Positions 47,650 through 61,869 of a DNA stretch of 64,000 nt are shown one piece after another (within the stretch, counting starts at the first letter, position 1; every line of letters starts with the position of its first letter). The notes under the pieces are model-generated. The model was not told the DNA's origin and ran no database searches. It saw only the letters and a program-made list of their open reading frames with translations. The stretch covers positions 77,502,001 through 77,566,000 of the forward strand of contig NC_045697.1 in NCBI RefSeq assembly GCF_009834535.1. The letters run 5' to 3'. Source of the DNA: Camelus ferus (Eukaryota). Position numbers and translations under genes: made by a program.

Positions 47650-48600
47650 AACATTTAATTATGGAAGTTTTCCCAGTGCAGTCAATTGGAAAGACTTCTA
47701 CAGTGAACACCCGTAAACCTACCCCCTAAATTCTCCATTAACATTTTACTGTACTTTATCACATATCTAACCCTCTGTCCAGCCCTTGATGCAGCCATCA
47801 ATTCATCTTACCTTCAATGCATTTCATCATCTTATTTTTAATGTATTGCAGATACCAGCATATTTCCCTTAAAACTCTTCTGTATGCAGGTTACTAATGA
47901 AAATTAAATATTTGTTTATAGTTATTTTTCTGTGTAAAATTGACTGAGTTTAACAAAATGAATACATACACCTGTGTAACCCAAACTCCTGTAAAAACAT
48001 TGATCATTACTATTACCCCAGAAAGCTCCCATATGCCTGTTCATCCTTACTTTCTGTCCTCGTCTCATCCCCAAGACACCACTGTTCTGATTTTTTTCAC
48101 CATAGATAAGTTTAATTGTTCTAGAACCTCAATTAATGGAATCACATGGTGTGCACTCTTTTGTGTAAGACTTCTTTCACTCAGCCTAATTTTTCTTCAT
48201 TTCTGTTGTTCTGTATACATTGGTAGTTTATTCCTTTATGTTGCTGATTAATAGTCATTATGTGAATAGATCGCAGTTTGTTTATCCATTCTCTTCTTGT
48301 CTATTTTCAGTTTTTAGCCATTATGAATAAAGCCTCTATGAATATTCTTATGAAAGTCTTTTTTGTGTAAAAGATACTTTCATTTCTCTCAGGTAGGATT
48401 CTGTCGGGTCATAGGATAGGTGTATTTTTTAGGTTTATAAAAAAACATTTTTTTTTCTAAAGTGGTTGTACCATTTTATATTTCCACCAATAATGCAGAG
48501 AGTGGTTTGGTTGTCCTACTGTCAGTCTTTTTAATTTTACCCTTTCTGTTGATATGAGTGGTATCTCATTGTAATTTTAATTTGATTTCCCAGGTGTTTA
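47650..48600 (-). mobile_element. Old L1M (L1ME/L1MC-like) 3' fragments
   Basis: aatggaatcacatggtgtgcactcttttgtgt...ttatgaataaagcctctatgaatatt...gtggtatctcattgtaattttaatttg. Confidence 0.7.
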
Positions 48601-49064
48601 TTTTTTATGTTTTAAGGAAAGGACAGTTATGACATCAAGTCCATGATTGCAGGTATTCCAGGCTGGAGTCAGGGCCAAATAAAAAGCGAGTCAACTTAAG
48701 ATCAAGTTAAATAAAAATATCAAGTAAATAATAATTGAGGTGGTATATGGATATAGAAAATCTGTGAAGTGATTCGTGAATAAGTTTGAGAAATACTGTT
48801 ATAGAGGAGGTCCTTTTTTCAGATGTCCTGTATTTCCATGGGGTTTTTTTTTTTTTTTTGGATCAAGTCAAAAAATCAACATGTAAAAATCTTTAAGAAA
48901 TCCTAATGACCATTACCCACTACAGAGTCACTGAGCTCTGAGATTAGAATTCTGTATAAACCTGGGGTGAAAAAGATTCCAGGCATCACCCATGCTTTTG
49001 AAACAATGCTTGAAACAGTCTAATTGTATAAAATGGCAACAAAGAAAACTGTATTACAAAGGCA

Positions 49065-49300
49065 AAACAGCAAGGTGAATATTAGCACCCATTGGAGCCA
49101 GCCTGCTGAATTTGCCCCTCCGTTCCCCCACTTACTAGCTGTGTAAACTTGGCAAATTATTTACTTCTCTGCATTTCAGTTTCCTCATCTATAAAATGTG
49201 GGTAAGAACAGCAACAACTTCACATGAGGCTGTCAGGAATGTATGAGTAAAACCATGTAAACAGCACACAGTATCATATAAGGGGGAGCTACTGTTACTA
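49065..49300 (+). mobile_element. MIR SINE
   Basis: cacttactagctgtgtaaacttggcaaattattt...cagtttcctcatctataaaatg. Confidence 0.8.
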
Positions 49301-49599
49301 CTGTTGAAGGAGAACCAGTCAGCCTGATAAAGGGGAAGATTCCTGTAGGCCCACAAATTCAAATGAGGAGTGAGGCAGGTGAGTAAATACCTCTAGAAAG
49401 CAGAAGGATCTGTGCCTTCTGGAATGGGCACGGCCTTGTTGTCAGCCTGGGGGTCCTTTCTCCTTCTTCTGGAAGAGCGACTTGCTCTTCCTTTGGGCAA
49501 CAGCCTTTCCCAGTTCTCACCGTAGGGGAGGCTGAGCCCATTTCTTGGCCGTGTGATCCAGGCCTGGCCAAGCAGCATTTCTATCCCCATTTACAAGGG

Positions 49600-50043
49600 C
49601 CAGTCCAGAGATGGGCCCTTGATCTCCATCAGAATAATAATACTGAATCCTGGGCTTTCTGCTGGGACTCTGAGAAAGAGTTACTCCTATTTCTTTTTGC
49701 TAGAGATGCTAAGCTGATAAGACATAATGATGGTGCGACTGAGTGTCATTGTGCCACACTCCTTGGGGATAGCCTGCCAGAATGGAATCCCACAGAGAAA
49801 TGCAGCACTTAGGGAGTAAAAGTGAGAGAGGGAGAGGGAGGAAGAGGAAGGGAGAGAGAGAGAGGAGGAGGGAGAGAAAGCGGGGGTGGGGGTGGTGTGG
49901 TGTGGATCACTGACATCATTTTAGCAACTAGCTCCAGCTATATTGATCTGACCTTGCCAGCTATGGACATGAGTACCTTTTTTAACCTAGGCCATCTTGA
50001 GTTTAGTTTCTGTTATTTGTAAATGAGAATCCTGATGAATACA
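49600..50043 (+). mobile_element. Old MaLR LTR (MLT1J/K-like); 5' boundary uncertain
   Basis: 3' end ...ttgagtttagtttctgttatttgtaaatgagaatcctgatgaataca. Confidence 0.5.
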
Positions 50044-51979
50044 TCTTTTATAATCGGGGCACATTTTTGCAAGATAATTTCCTTGAGTTAAAGGGGCTTT
50101 GCCATGTTTATGTAAATATCTTTCTCTGCTGAAACTTCCGCAGGTGTTTTGCATAAATTATGAGGAGACACTGGCAGAGCCAGGTTTATGAAATCCCCCA
50201 GCAGATAAGGAGACAGGTGTGAAGAGAAATGGTGCCAATCAGTTTACTGTGGAGCAGCTGTGAGATCCCAGCGTAATTTGGATTCCACGGGCTGCGTGAG
50301 AAGGAGTGCAGCGGGATGGGGGTGGGGGAGGATAGGATTCTTGGGGAAATCTCTGCTCTGTAGATATTACCCTGACCCTGCCAATTGGATGGGGAGATAA
50401 GAGATCTTCTGTTTTACTTTCCTTCTCTTTTTCTCAGTCTGCCTCTCTCAATAGTTACTAGAGAGATACTAGACCTCCAGTCCTCATCACTTTTTGATAA
50501 CATTCTGTTAACAATACTCCCTGATCTTCCTGGAGGAAGACTCATAAAAACATGATGTAATTGTCTGATGTCAATTGGCCCAGCAGTCTGGAAAAAGGTG
50601 CCATTCAGTCATCTCCTGCACTGGCGCTAAGCCTAAGATGACCACATCTATATTTAGTGACTTTCTCATCACAGTATTGACAAATATGGCTTCTCATTGC
50701 AAAGCTGGATACTTGCACTTATTCTTGTTAACATCTCATGTGCTTCAAAGAGTAATTACAGATAATGAGAAGATTTAGGTTCCAAGCATTGTGCATATTG
50801 TTGAGTGACGAATGAAGGGTGCTTGAAAGGTGTCATAGAGATTAATCACCTAGGGCTGAAACTGCCGGCTGGTGCACAGCTGAAGGAGATGTGGTGTGAG
50901 CTCTTCATGGTCCATGCTTCGCCACTCCACACAGGCCTCAATTATGGAACCCCCAATCACTCAGGAAAATGAAGAGGAGTGGTGCTTAAAGAAGTGGGTT
51001 CAGCAGAGGGGGGTGGGGGAGGGGCAAGCGCCAGTAAAAGTAACCTGGGATGATCGGCAAGAGTTTTCTGGCTTGGGCCCATTCTCTCTTCATTTATCAT
51101 TTATTTTTATGTTTAATTCATTTAAAAGAATATACAGACTCTGCTTAGTTGCAGGGCTGGCACAGAGAGCTGGGTATAAAATGAGGGTGCCCTCAGAGCA
51201 TACAGTCCATCTGGGGACTAGAATGGTGATGATACCCAGTTACAGTGTGAGATGCTGGAATCTAACCTCCTCTGCAAGGGTCCAGACAGATGTCCCTGAA
51301 GACCCGACACTGAAGCCGAGACAGGAAGGAGGAGAGGGAAGAGTTAATTAGGAGGAGGCAAGCAGAAGAAAGACCCCTTTGACCACAAAAGCAGGTGAAC
51401 GAACTGTTGGCCCTGGGATGAGGAGCAGCTGGTTCCCTGGAAGAACTGAAAACATACCAGAAAGGTTGGAGGAGAGTGAACAAGGCAGCGTAGCCGGAGC
51501 TGTGGGCTGGAGCTGGACAGGTAAGACTTTCTCGGTCATGTGTTGGAGGCTGGACTTTAAAAGCTGGCAGTGTCACAACACTGACAGGTTTCATGGAAAA
51601 TTGTAAATGTTCTTATGATTAGCATTTACCTAGTGCTAGATACACAGGAGATTCTTTTTGTTTTATGCTCTAGTTTTAATCACTGTAAGTAAAAGTGAGG
51701 CAGAGGAATTTATCAGAGGCAAAAGAATTAATAAGTAGGCTAAGGACAGAGAGCTTAAAAGAAAGGAGCTGGGAATTTCCTTTGTTCCATTATATCATTT
51801 TAGAAGTATTTTTTTCCCCTCCTATTTGCATGTTTTGGAAAATAACAAACAAAAGCTGTCAAACCATTTTGTGAATTAGTTGTCTTTCCAAACTTTGTTG
51901 AAATATTAAGGCTATAACTGATTGTGAGATTTAAGTCTATTCTAGAATATGCTGATATTTATAAGGTTAGTAACTGGAA

Positions 51980-52200
51980 GAACAATGTGGTGATTCAAAG
52001 CATGAGCTCTGGGCTCTGGTGAATCAAGTTCAAGTGCAGCTTTTTCAGTCGCTAGATGGGTGACATTGATTCTATTGTTTAACTTTTATTTCCTCTTACC
52101 TGTAAAACAGAGATGATAATATTCACTATTTTAAAGAGTTGTGAGGACTATGAAATAATGCATTTAAGTATCTGGTAAATAGCATATGATCAATCAGTCA
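51980..52200 (+). mobile_element. MIR SINE
   Basis: agcatgagctctgg...ttcctcttacctgtaaaacagagatgataat...gttgtgaggact. Confidence 0.7.
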
Positions 52201-55200
52201 TTAATTAACAAAAATTTTAGTGGAAAATTATCTTTTCCCACTAAAATAGATTGTATAAAATTTCATGTTTATTGGCTATATATAACATTTTATGAATACA
52301 CATGTGACAAATATTGGAAAACTAATTTCACACACAAACAAGTAGGTAATACATAGAACTTGTGGAAGGTGATCTGAAGGATTGGAAATTTGGATAAAAA
52401 TAAATAAACAAAGAAGTAATTAAAATTAAACTGTGATAGAATTTAAATACAAAAAGACAGTCAAGTTTAAATGGGTACATGAACAGAAATGTGAAAAGAA
52501 AAGGCAAAGAGTCTTTTCAGAAGGTTCAAAAAGCAAAAGAGAGAATTTCAATGGATGCTTGAAAGCAAAGGGGCAGAGAGAAGAGCAGGACAGCTGACAA
52601 GACTCTTCAAGGGCCAGGGAAGTCAGGGGAATATAGAAAGCCACCACATATAATGACTGGGGAGTTGTGCATAAAAACATTGAAATTAAAAACCCTGTAT
52701 ATAAGAAAAATCATGCTGACCCAACAGTTTGCCACTCCAGGAATAAAGTGATAAATTCCTCAAATGAACAGAAAATAGCAGTGGAAACCCTGAGCAAGTC
52801 CTTTCTATGATGTACTTCAGGTTCCGCACCCTTCTGTCTCCTGACCCACCCCCAACATCCACCTGGCTCCTATTAAGCCTTGTTAGCCTGGTCCTCTGGT
52901 GCTTCGGAAGATCTCGCTTTACCCCGGCACAGCCAGCAGTTTCCCAGTTGGGTTATGCTGAGTTTGGACCCTAATTCTGGGTGTGATGGCCAGGAGGGAA
53001 TCGTGGAGGTGGGAGGCGATGCTGAGAAAGGCAAGCGTGCCAGCGAAGCAGCTGAGAAGGTGAAATTTCTTCAAGTAAGGATGTGTGGGTTTGGGAAGGG
53101 GGCTCTACCTTGCAAAGAAATGGGGAGTGGGTCTCCACTGCAGATCCCGGGAGTTCAAGGGAAGGGAGGGAGGGTCAAGTGCATCTATCCAGATAGCCCC
53201 ATCCCAATTCTCAGGGTCCCACTTCTTCCCCGTCAAGCCCCTGACTTGGGCCTTTGCTGGGAATCCAATCTTCTCTCAACTTCTGTCATTCTTACAATTA
53301 AGTCTTCCAGCTGCAGGAGATGAGGGTCGCTGTGAAAGCTGCCAGTTTTCTTTTTCACTCTCATACTTTGCTTTAACTTGTTGATGAATAGATCTGCCAG
53401 TCATTTTCTCTTCTTATTAAATTCCCCAGTCCTTAGAGTTACTACTTCCCACATACTTTAACTGCCTACCTCATTGTACCAGTTAATGAGCTCTTTCCAC
53501 CTGTATCCCATCCCAGTGCTCCACAGGTTAATGTCTTAGTAATCACCGTGCCACGAGCTAGCAGCCCTCCACCCCCCTACCAGTGATGTGACCCTCCTTT
53601 CCAACCAGCCAGGTAGTAATGCAGAGTCCCATCCTCAGCTTTGCTTCCTAGGATCCAATGCAATACTGACCCTCTTAGGTTGGATTCTCTGGAAGGAGCT
53701 TGATGTGGGGTTTCTTGTTCAGGCTATTTATTAGAAGAATGCTTTCTGGAGAAGAGGAGTAAAAGAAGCAGGGCTATCTCTGAAGCAGAGAGGAAAACCT
53801 CAGCAAGGGTGTGATATAAGCTAGAGACCAGCATTCCCTTATGGGAGATCAGGGGCTGAAATTGCACTGCGGAGTTGCCCCAGTGGACACCCAGAAAGAG
53901 TGGGCAGCTCTCCATTGAGTTGTTATCAGCTGTTGAGTTGAATATCTAGGCCCAGGATAGAGCCATTCCTGCCTGGAGGGCCACATCAGCAAACAGAAAC
54001 TTAGCTCATGTGTCCCTGTAAACACTCTGCTTGACCAGAGGGAATCTATCTGGTCAGCCAATCCCCAAACGCCAAGCCACCTCTGATCTCTACTTATTTC
54101 CTTCTTCTTTCTCACCCTACACAAGGTTGACTGGACAGCCCCAGCCAATCAGATGTTTTCTATTGTTCTCTCCGTTGTTCATTATTTTTTATCCTCTGAA
54201 AGTTTCCCAACTTCAGGCCCATTTTGCATTTCTTTGAATGGAGATGTCGGCTTCATGACGTGGTTGGTCTCATCTGGATGGTTTTCCCTGATCACCTTTT
54301 AACGCAGCAGCTAGGGGATGGGTGCTCCAGGTGGTGAAGAGAGTCAGGGGGCCAACATCATCATCATCATCATGATTGTGATGGATAATTCTATTGTAAA
54401 AGCAGTTTGTAGTTTTACCACTTAGAAAAAGTTTCCCTTTCACGGTTGTTGTGAAACAGGCAAGTTTTTGCCTCCTACTAAACACTATGTTTTCCTTAAT
54501 GTTAAACTGTGTCTAAGTGGAAAAGCCTATTAATTTGAAGGGGGAAAACAAGTGAATTTATTTAAGTATAGTGTTAATAAAAACATGTAATAATTTTCTC
54601 TTCTCATTCTCCACAGGCCTCCTGATACCTCCCCCACATCGCTCTCCTAAGCATGTCTGCCTGCTGGTTTCTGAGGTAAGAACGCCTTTTTTTTTCCTTC
54701 TTGGTCAGCTGTAATCCAGGCAAAGTTTTCCAAGTTGGTGAATTAATCCACTGTCTCTTGCTTACAGCCAGCAGAAAAGGATACAGTATCACATTATATA
54801 TTTACAAAAACACATGCTTCCATATGTGAACCAGAATAATTAACATCTTGTGCAGAAAAATCCGTTGTGTCTCAATCACTTCATGGAAGCACCTGAGACA
54901 TTGATTTTCTGAAAGCTGCTGGGAAACATCCAGAGTGATCCACTGAGCTATAAATGTGGATCTGTTTATAATTTACAAGCACATGAGTCTCAGGCATGTT
55001 CTGAGAGGTTCAAGCTACTCTGGCCAGTCCTCACAGCAGAAGAGGAAAAAAAGGTACTTTTCTGAAGGTAACTCTCATTTTCCTCACACTTTCTGCATAT
55101 GTGAAGGAATTGAGGGGAAATTTTGCATTTAGTGAAACCCATTTATACTTTTTTTTTATAAAAATATTGTTAACGATTGTGGTAATCCTAGGGACAGGAA

Positions 55201-55689
55201 GTGCTCAATCTTTGTTCACGCCATCGGTTTGAGTATTCGAAGTGAAACTTCTAAGGTCTGTGGATAGGAGTAGTGGGCTGAAGCATCTGGTTAAGAGGGA
55301 GACTTACACTGAAGTGCGTAAGTCTAAGACCACAAGTAGATATGACCTTTCAGGGAAAAAAATGCCAAAGAGGTAGATTGCTTCCCTTGCCAGGAGACAG
55401 AAGTTTTGAACAGCTCTCAGGGGAGCAATAACGGCCCAGCATGGGTCTGATTGATTTGCAAACGGATAGTCTACTAACTTGAAGAAAGTGTTCTAGAAAT
55501 ATTTGGAAGTTATGGTTTCTCTGTTGAACTGCCTTGAAAATTTAACAGTCCCCACAGGTGTGGTGTGATCTGTGAAAAATGTAGTGACTCGTGAGCTTTT
55601 GGAAGTAGGTGATGAAGGGTGATGGTGACATGTTGAAAGGAATCAAAATTCTCTTTTTCTCATCAGAAATGGTAGCTTGGTTTAATGCA

Positions 55690-55915
55690 TAATAGCTAAT
55701 ATTTACTGAGGACTCAGGCTGTGCCAAGCACTATCTAAGAACTTAAATGTATTTACTTAAGAGGGAGGTACTATTACTAACCACATTTGATAGATAAGGA
55801 AATTGAGGCAGAGGAATGTTAAGTAGCCTGTAGTTCCAAAGTTGATTAGTGATGGAGTAAAATTTAACCCTAGATAGTCTGACTCCAGAGCGCATGCTCT
55901 TTACTGTTTGCTACA
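55690..55915 (-). mobile_element. MIR SINE
   Basis: gatagataaggaaattgaggcagaggaatgttaagta...gtctgactccagag. Confidence 0.75.
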
Positions 55916-57609
55916 CAGACTCCAAGGATATAACCATAATCAGGAGGAGGAATTTGTAAGCTCATATCACCCAAGTCACTCTGAAGCAAGACAGTATCCC
56001 AGCAAAACAGTTAAGTGAAGAATTGGAGTGTTTTCTGATGAATTCAGTCAATCCTATTGGGCAACCCATCTATTTTGAAAAACTCAGGTTGTTGATGGTG
56101 CTAAGTCCTCAGTGACTGTTTTTAAGCCTATTTTCCTAAACTCCCCACTTCATTTTATTGGTTGAGTTTGTACCAGCTATCAAGAACCAAAGCACAGTGA
56201 TGTAAGTGAAGTAGCCTGGATCTGACCTCGAGCATGCTTCCCTTTGCCAGTGTGGAGTTGTAGAAGGATTTTGGAGAGATGTGTGTAACTTTAGTTGGGA
56301 AAAAGTTGGAGTCAACATGACCCTCAGAGATTGTCCAGAGATGAGGATCACTGAAGGTCGGTGACTTGTACAAGATCATACACAGTAGTTCAGAAAGAAG
56401 CTTCAAGGGAGCCTAGGATGTCTGCTTCCTAGAGCAGAGCTCTTTCCACAATGGTGCCCAGTGAATTGAAGAAGCAAACTGTCAGGCAACACTTGAGAAG
56501 TATCCTTGAAAAGGAACAGCTCTAGTGACGAGGTGTTCATTGACAGGCAGAATCCAATGGTGAAATTGTCCTGTTGGACGTCTCCTGGGTCATTTGGCCG
56601 GAGAGTCCTCTGGGGAAGAATCTGTTTGGCTCAGATTTATTCTTTGGTACAACAGATGCCAGACAATGAGGTGGCTGGGGCTGGTTGGGATGGTGATAAT
56701 GAGAAGTTGGCAACCAAAATGAGAATATAGCAGATTTATTGCTTGAAAATCTAACCCAAACCACAGTGTAAAACAGGGACAATCAATTGCCGAATGCCAG
56801 GGGCCTCAAGGGATTTGATATCTCAGGAAATTAGGCCAATTTCTTCTTCACTGACTGAGTCTTTGGAGTATAGCATGATACTGTAATCCTACCTTTGACA
56901 GTTGTGGAATAGTTCAGTTGTGACTGATTGAAAGTCACAGAAAAAATATCCTGTCTCTAGAAATTAATTTAAACCATCATAGCTCCAAGGCCTGCATGTT
57001 CATGTCTCGTATTTCTAGGCACATAAATATTTATCGACTGAATAAATAAATGAGCGTCTGCTCCAGCCAGTACATTCCATCCTTGGCCAATTCTTACCTA
57101 TTTTTATGCAGAATAAATTTTTAAAATTATGATCAAAACAATCCTTTTAAGTTACTTGACTAAACTTTAATTAAATAACTGCCAGTTAGTATCATTTGCA
57201 TAATACTTTTTGGACTGCTTTGTATAATTTCTTTCAAGTCTTGACAAGCTTTTTGTTAACAGTGAGAGAAACACGATGGATGTCTTAAGGTTTACATGCA
57301 TCTAATATCCTGTGCAATTAAATTTCTGCTTTTCTATTCTGCTCACCTTGTTAAATGGGGATAAAATTCTTGTCCCAACTTAATGGGAATATCGCAGAAC
57401 CAGTGAGGAAATGCCCAGAGTGCTTCGATAATCTTACTTGTGTGTGCCTGGTGATTATATTAATTAAAATGTCTTTTGTGAGCAGCACATAAGTGGGTTT
57501 TTAGTGTTTGAAATAAGTTGATTTTCAACTTGACAGTGAAGTTAAACTCAGATTCATTTTGAAAAGTAAGTATTTTAGAGTAGAAAAAAATTGGTAATTT
57601 CCCCCACTT

Positions 57610-60600
57610 AAAAAAAAAAATTGTGACTCCTTGGAGAAGTGGTTGTGTCTGAGTCTGGGTCAGGAAAAGTACAGGTGAGCTTGGGGCTTCATATTGTGCC
57701 CAAAGGAGAGGAAGCTATCAAAGATTTCTGATGATGCCAAAGGGACATAGCAGCCATTCTGAAGGGTGTCTGCTGCCTAAGATGGGATGACTTGGGCAGC
57801 CAAAAAAGAATAATGACTACAATTGGTTGAAACATACAGAAAATACAAAAGTCTGTGAGTTCATAAAGATAACAAAAAAAGAAACTTGTTTTTTTATCTA
57901 TTTTATATGTGGTAGTTTGTATCTGTTCATTGCAAACTCCCAATTTATTCCTCCCCACAACCTTTCTCTTTTGGTAACCATCAGCTTGTTTTCTATGTCT
58001 GCAAGTCTGTTTCTGTTTTGTAAATAAGTTCATTTGTATAATTTTTTAGATTCCACATGTAAGTGATTTCATATATTTGTCTTTCTCTGGCTGACTTACT
58101 TTAGTTATATGATAATCTCTAGGTCCATCCACGTTGCTGTAAGTGGCATTATTTCATTATTTTCTATGACTGAGTAGTATTCCATTGTGTGTATAGACCA
58201 TGTCTTCTTTATCCATTCATCTGTCAATGGACATTTACGTTGCTTCCATGTCTTGACTATTGTAAATAATTCTGCTGTGAAAATTGAGGTTAATGTGTCT
58301 TTCTGAATTAGAGTTTTAATCTTTTCTGGATACATGTCCAGGAGGAGGAGTGCTGGATCATACGGTAACTCTATTTTTAGTGTTTTAAGGAGCCTCCATG
58401 CTGTTCTCTATAGTGGCTGCACCAATTTACATTCCCACCAGCAATGTGGGAGGGTTCCCTTTTCTCTGCACCCTCTCCAGCATTTATTATTTGTGGACTT
58501 TTTTATGATGGTCATTGTGACTGATGTGAGGTGATACCTCATTGTAGTTTTGATTTGCATTTCTCTAATAATTAGCGATGTTGAGCATCTTTTCATGCGT
58601 CTGTTGGCCATCTGGAGGTCTTATTTGGAGAAATGTCTGTTTAGGTCTTCTGCCCATTTTTTTTTGATTGAGTTGTTGTTGTTGTTGTTGTTGTTGTTTT
58701 AATTGAATTGTATGAACTGTTTGTATATTTTGGAAATTAAGCCCTTGTTGGTTGCATTGTTTGCAAATATTTTCTCCTAGTCAGTAGATTGTCTTTTAAT
58801 TTTGTTTATGGTTTCCTTTGCTGAGCAAAATCTTATAAGTTTGATTAGGTCCCATTTGTTTATTTTTGCTTTTATTTCTATCACCTTGGGAGGCTGACCT
58901 AATGAAACATTGCTGCAGTTTATGTCAAGAATGTTTTACCTATGCTCTCTTCTGGGAGTTTTGTGTTGTCATGTCTTATATTTAAGTCTCTAAGCCATTT
59001 TGAGTTTATTTTTGTGTATTGAGTGAGGGAGTGTTCTAACTTTGATTTACATGCAGCTGTCCAGCTTTCCCAACATGACTTGCTGAAGGGACTGCCTTTT
59101 ATCCATTGTATATTTTTGCCTCCTTTGTGGAAGATTAATTGACCGTAGGTCTGTGGATTTATTTTTGGGCTTTCTATTCTGTTTCATTGATCCATATGTC
59201 TGTTTTTGTACCAATACTATGCTGTTTTGGTTATTGTAGCTTTGTAGTATTGTCTGAGGTCTGTCTGGAAGGATTATGCCTCCACTTTGTTCTTTATCCT
59301 CAGAATTGCTTTGGCAATTTTAGGTCTTTTGTGGTTCCATATACATTTTTAGGATTATTTTAGTTCTGTGAAAAATATCCTGGGTAATTTGATAGAGACC
59401 ACATTAAATCTCTAGATTGCTTTGGGTAGTATGGCCATTTAAACAATATTAATTCTTCCAATCCAAGAGCATGGGATAGCTTTCCATTTCTTTGAATCAT
59501 CTTTAATTTCCTTTATTAATGTTTTATAGTTCTCAAGTGTAAAAGTCTTTCACTCACTTGGTCAGGTTTATTCCTAAATTTTTTTTTATTGATGCATTTT
59601 TAAAAGGGTTTTTTTTTAACTTTTTCTTTCTAATATTTCATTGCTAGTGTAAAGAAATGCAACAGATTTCTGTATGTTAATCTTGCATTGTGCTACCTTG
59701 CTGAATTCCTTTATCAGCTCTAGTAGTTTTTGTGTGGAGTCTTCAGGGTTTTCTCTATATAGTATATCAGCTGCCTATAATGACAATTTTACCTCTTCCT
59801 TTCCAATTTGGATAATTTTATTTCTTTTTCTAGTCTGATTGCTGTGACTGGGACTTTCAATACTATGCTGAATGGAAATGGTGGGCGTTCTCGCTTTATT
59901 CCTAATTTTAACAGGAAGGCTTTCAGCCTTTCAATGTTGAATATTATGTTGGCTCTATACCTGTTTTGGTAAGAATTTTTTTTTTATCATCAATGGAAGT
60001 TGAATTTTAAGGAGAGATTCTTTAAGCTAAAAAATTTTAGTTAACAAATGTGTAAACAATAACAGAATTATACAATCTCATTTTTAAAATCCCCTGATGA
60101 AATAAATGACTCAGGCAACTATTATCAGAATGGATGCCAAAAGGATTAAGTGATGGGTTTATAGGGAACTGGATATTTGAAAGATGTCAAAGCACTAGCC
60201 TACAGTATAAGGGGGAAAGTCGACATTATAATGAGCAGATTGCCATTTGAGCTACCTGGTCAATCTTCCTAAAAGTGGGACATGCAGGCAGGCACTGTGT
60301 GCTTTCTTTGAGAAGCAATATGAAATACACAGTAGCACCTAAAATGTTCTTGCCAAAAATTTTAGCTTGAATCTAATCAGGCTTTAAGATCAAACTTCTT
60401 TATAGGCAATACCAGGAGCAGAGGAATACGTTAAATGATACCACAAGTTAACAATCAGAAAAATCTAGAATGTGGGACATTTCACAGGACCATTGACTGT
60501 TTCTTTGATAAATCACTAGGCATGGGGAGAAAAAAGCAAGGAGGAGCTCTCTGTAAAAAGACATTTTGGAGATAGCCAGGGAAAGCTGAAAAAATGGTCA

Positions 60601-60890
60601 GGATATTAGATGGTAATAAGAAACTATTGGTAATTTTGCTACGTATCACAGTATTAATACTGTGGTTATGTAAGAAAATACCTTTTTTTTTTTTTTTAAA
60701 GCAGTGCTTCTTGAAATATTTAAGAATAAAATGTCATAATGCCTGAGATTTGCTTTAAAACAAAAAAGGTGAATATGGCAGACTGTTAATAAATATTAAA
60801 AATCTAAGTGCTGAGAATATGGGAGCTCATTATACTGTTCTCTCTACTTTTATGTATGTTTAAAAGTTCTCATAATAAAAAGTTTAATGG
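57610..60890 (+). mobile_element. L1MC4-like 3' region, split by a younger antisense L1 into ~57610-57885 and ~60010-60890
   Basis: ggaaaagtacaggtgagcttggg...aagaataatgactacaattggttgaaac; resumes after 60010 and ends tattatactgttctctctacttttatgtatgtttaaaagttctcataataaaaag. Confidence 0.65.
57886..60008 (-). mobile_element. Cetartiodactyl-type L1 (ORF2 3' half plus 3' UTR), 5'-truncated and lacking its extreme 3' end
   Basis: ORF fragments [24 protein letters not shown] and TMEYYSVIENNEIMPL on the - strand; 3' UTR resembles the 1508-1956 copy. Confidence 0.93.
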
Positions 60891-61006
60891 GCAGTTAGGT
60901 GCAATAAAATTCCTTATGAATTAAGCTCTGAGGAGCAGTCCAAAACATAGGAAAAAACCCTGCAAATTGTTTAATACACACACATATGTGTATGTCATTG
61001 TGGGAC

Positions 61007-61060
61007 ATTTTGATAATTAAGATTAATTTTGATAATTAAGATTAATTTTGATAATTAAGA
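61007..61060. repeat. 19-bp tandem repeat (ttttgataattaagattaa), ~2.8 copies
   Basis: Direct reading. Confidence 0.9.
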
Positions 61061-61869
61061 ACTAAAATAGCTTTTCAGATGCAATAAGGATTTTTCTTGA
61101 TAAACAACCTTTATGTAACAAAAAGAAAAAAAGGAGATGTAAACAGGCTCTAGCATCCTATTTGTTAGGGACACTGACTTGATTCTAGTTTCAGAGCTGG
61201 ACACTGGATAAGTATACCAACTAGAACTGCAATTTAGAAGAAAACAGGCTGCTATAATAAACTACAGTTACTGTAACATAACTGCAGAGTAATACAGAAG
61301 TGCAAAGTACACAAAATTCTAGATAAGGAGAGCCCTTCTTAGTGGCATTAAACCTAAATTAAATGAGATTTATGTAATTTCCATAGTAAAAGCAAAATCC
61401 ATAGTCTAAAACCTCAAAATGCATTTACTCTAGTTCGAATAGACACACAAGCAAATGTGCTTCCTCAGCACAGGGACAGTTTTATTCACATGACCTCATG
61501 ACAGACATTTTCAAATTGAAGTTTTATTTGTGAATTGAAAGGTCAAGGGACAAAACAGGTCTACATTTAATGATGCTCTAGTGATCAATATTTCATTCAG
61601 TACTTTTGAATGACAAGTGCATATTTAATTAGCTTAGAATTTTATATGTAATCTCCAGAGCACTTTTGAATATAAAAATCCTCTGGGAGCCGTCTGTTTC
61701 TGGAGTCAAGTTTCTTTTACTAGAAAGCCTCATAAAAACACACACATGTGTTTGTTCTTGACAGGCTTACCTGTCAGAACCATGGTGTAGAAAAGCTATT
61801 CTGTTTGAAAGTCAGATGCTTGTCAGTGAGGGTCCTGTCAGGGTCTTTTTTTTTTTTTTTTTTTCTTTT

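Noticed and set aside
50896..53384. Longest non-EGF ORFs (151 aa at 50896, 147 aa at 52880)
   Set aside because: Non-ATG starts, no recognisable domain and no exon structure; consistent with chance ORFs.
61007..61060. Short direct repeats as a CRISPR-like array
   Set aside because: Head-to-tail 19-mer with no spacers in mammalian DNA; a simple minisatellite.
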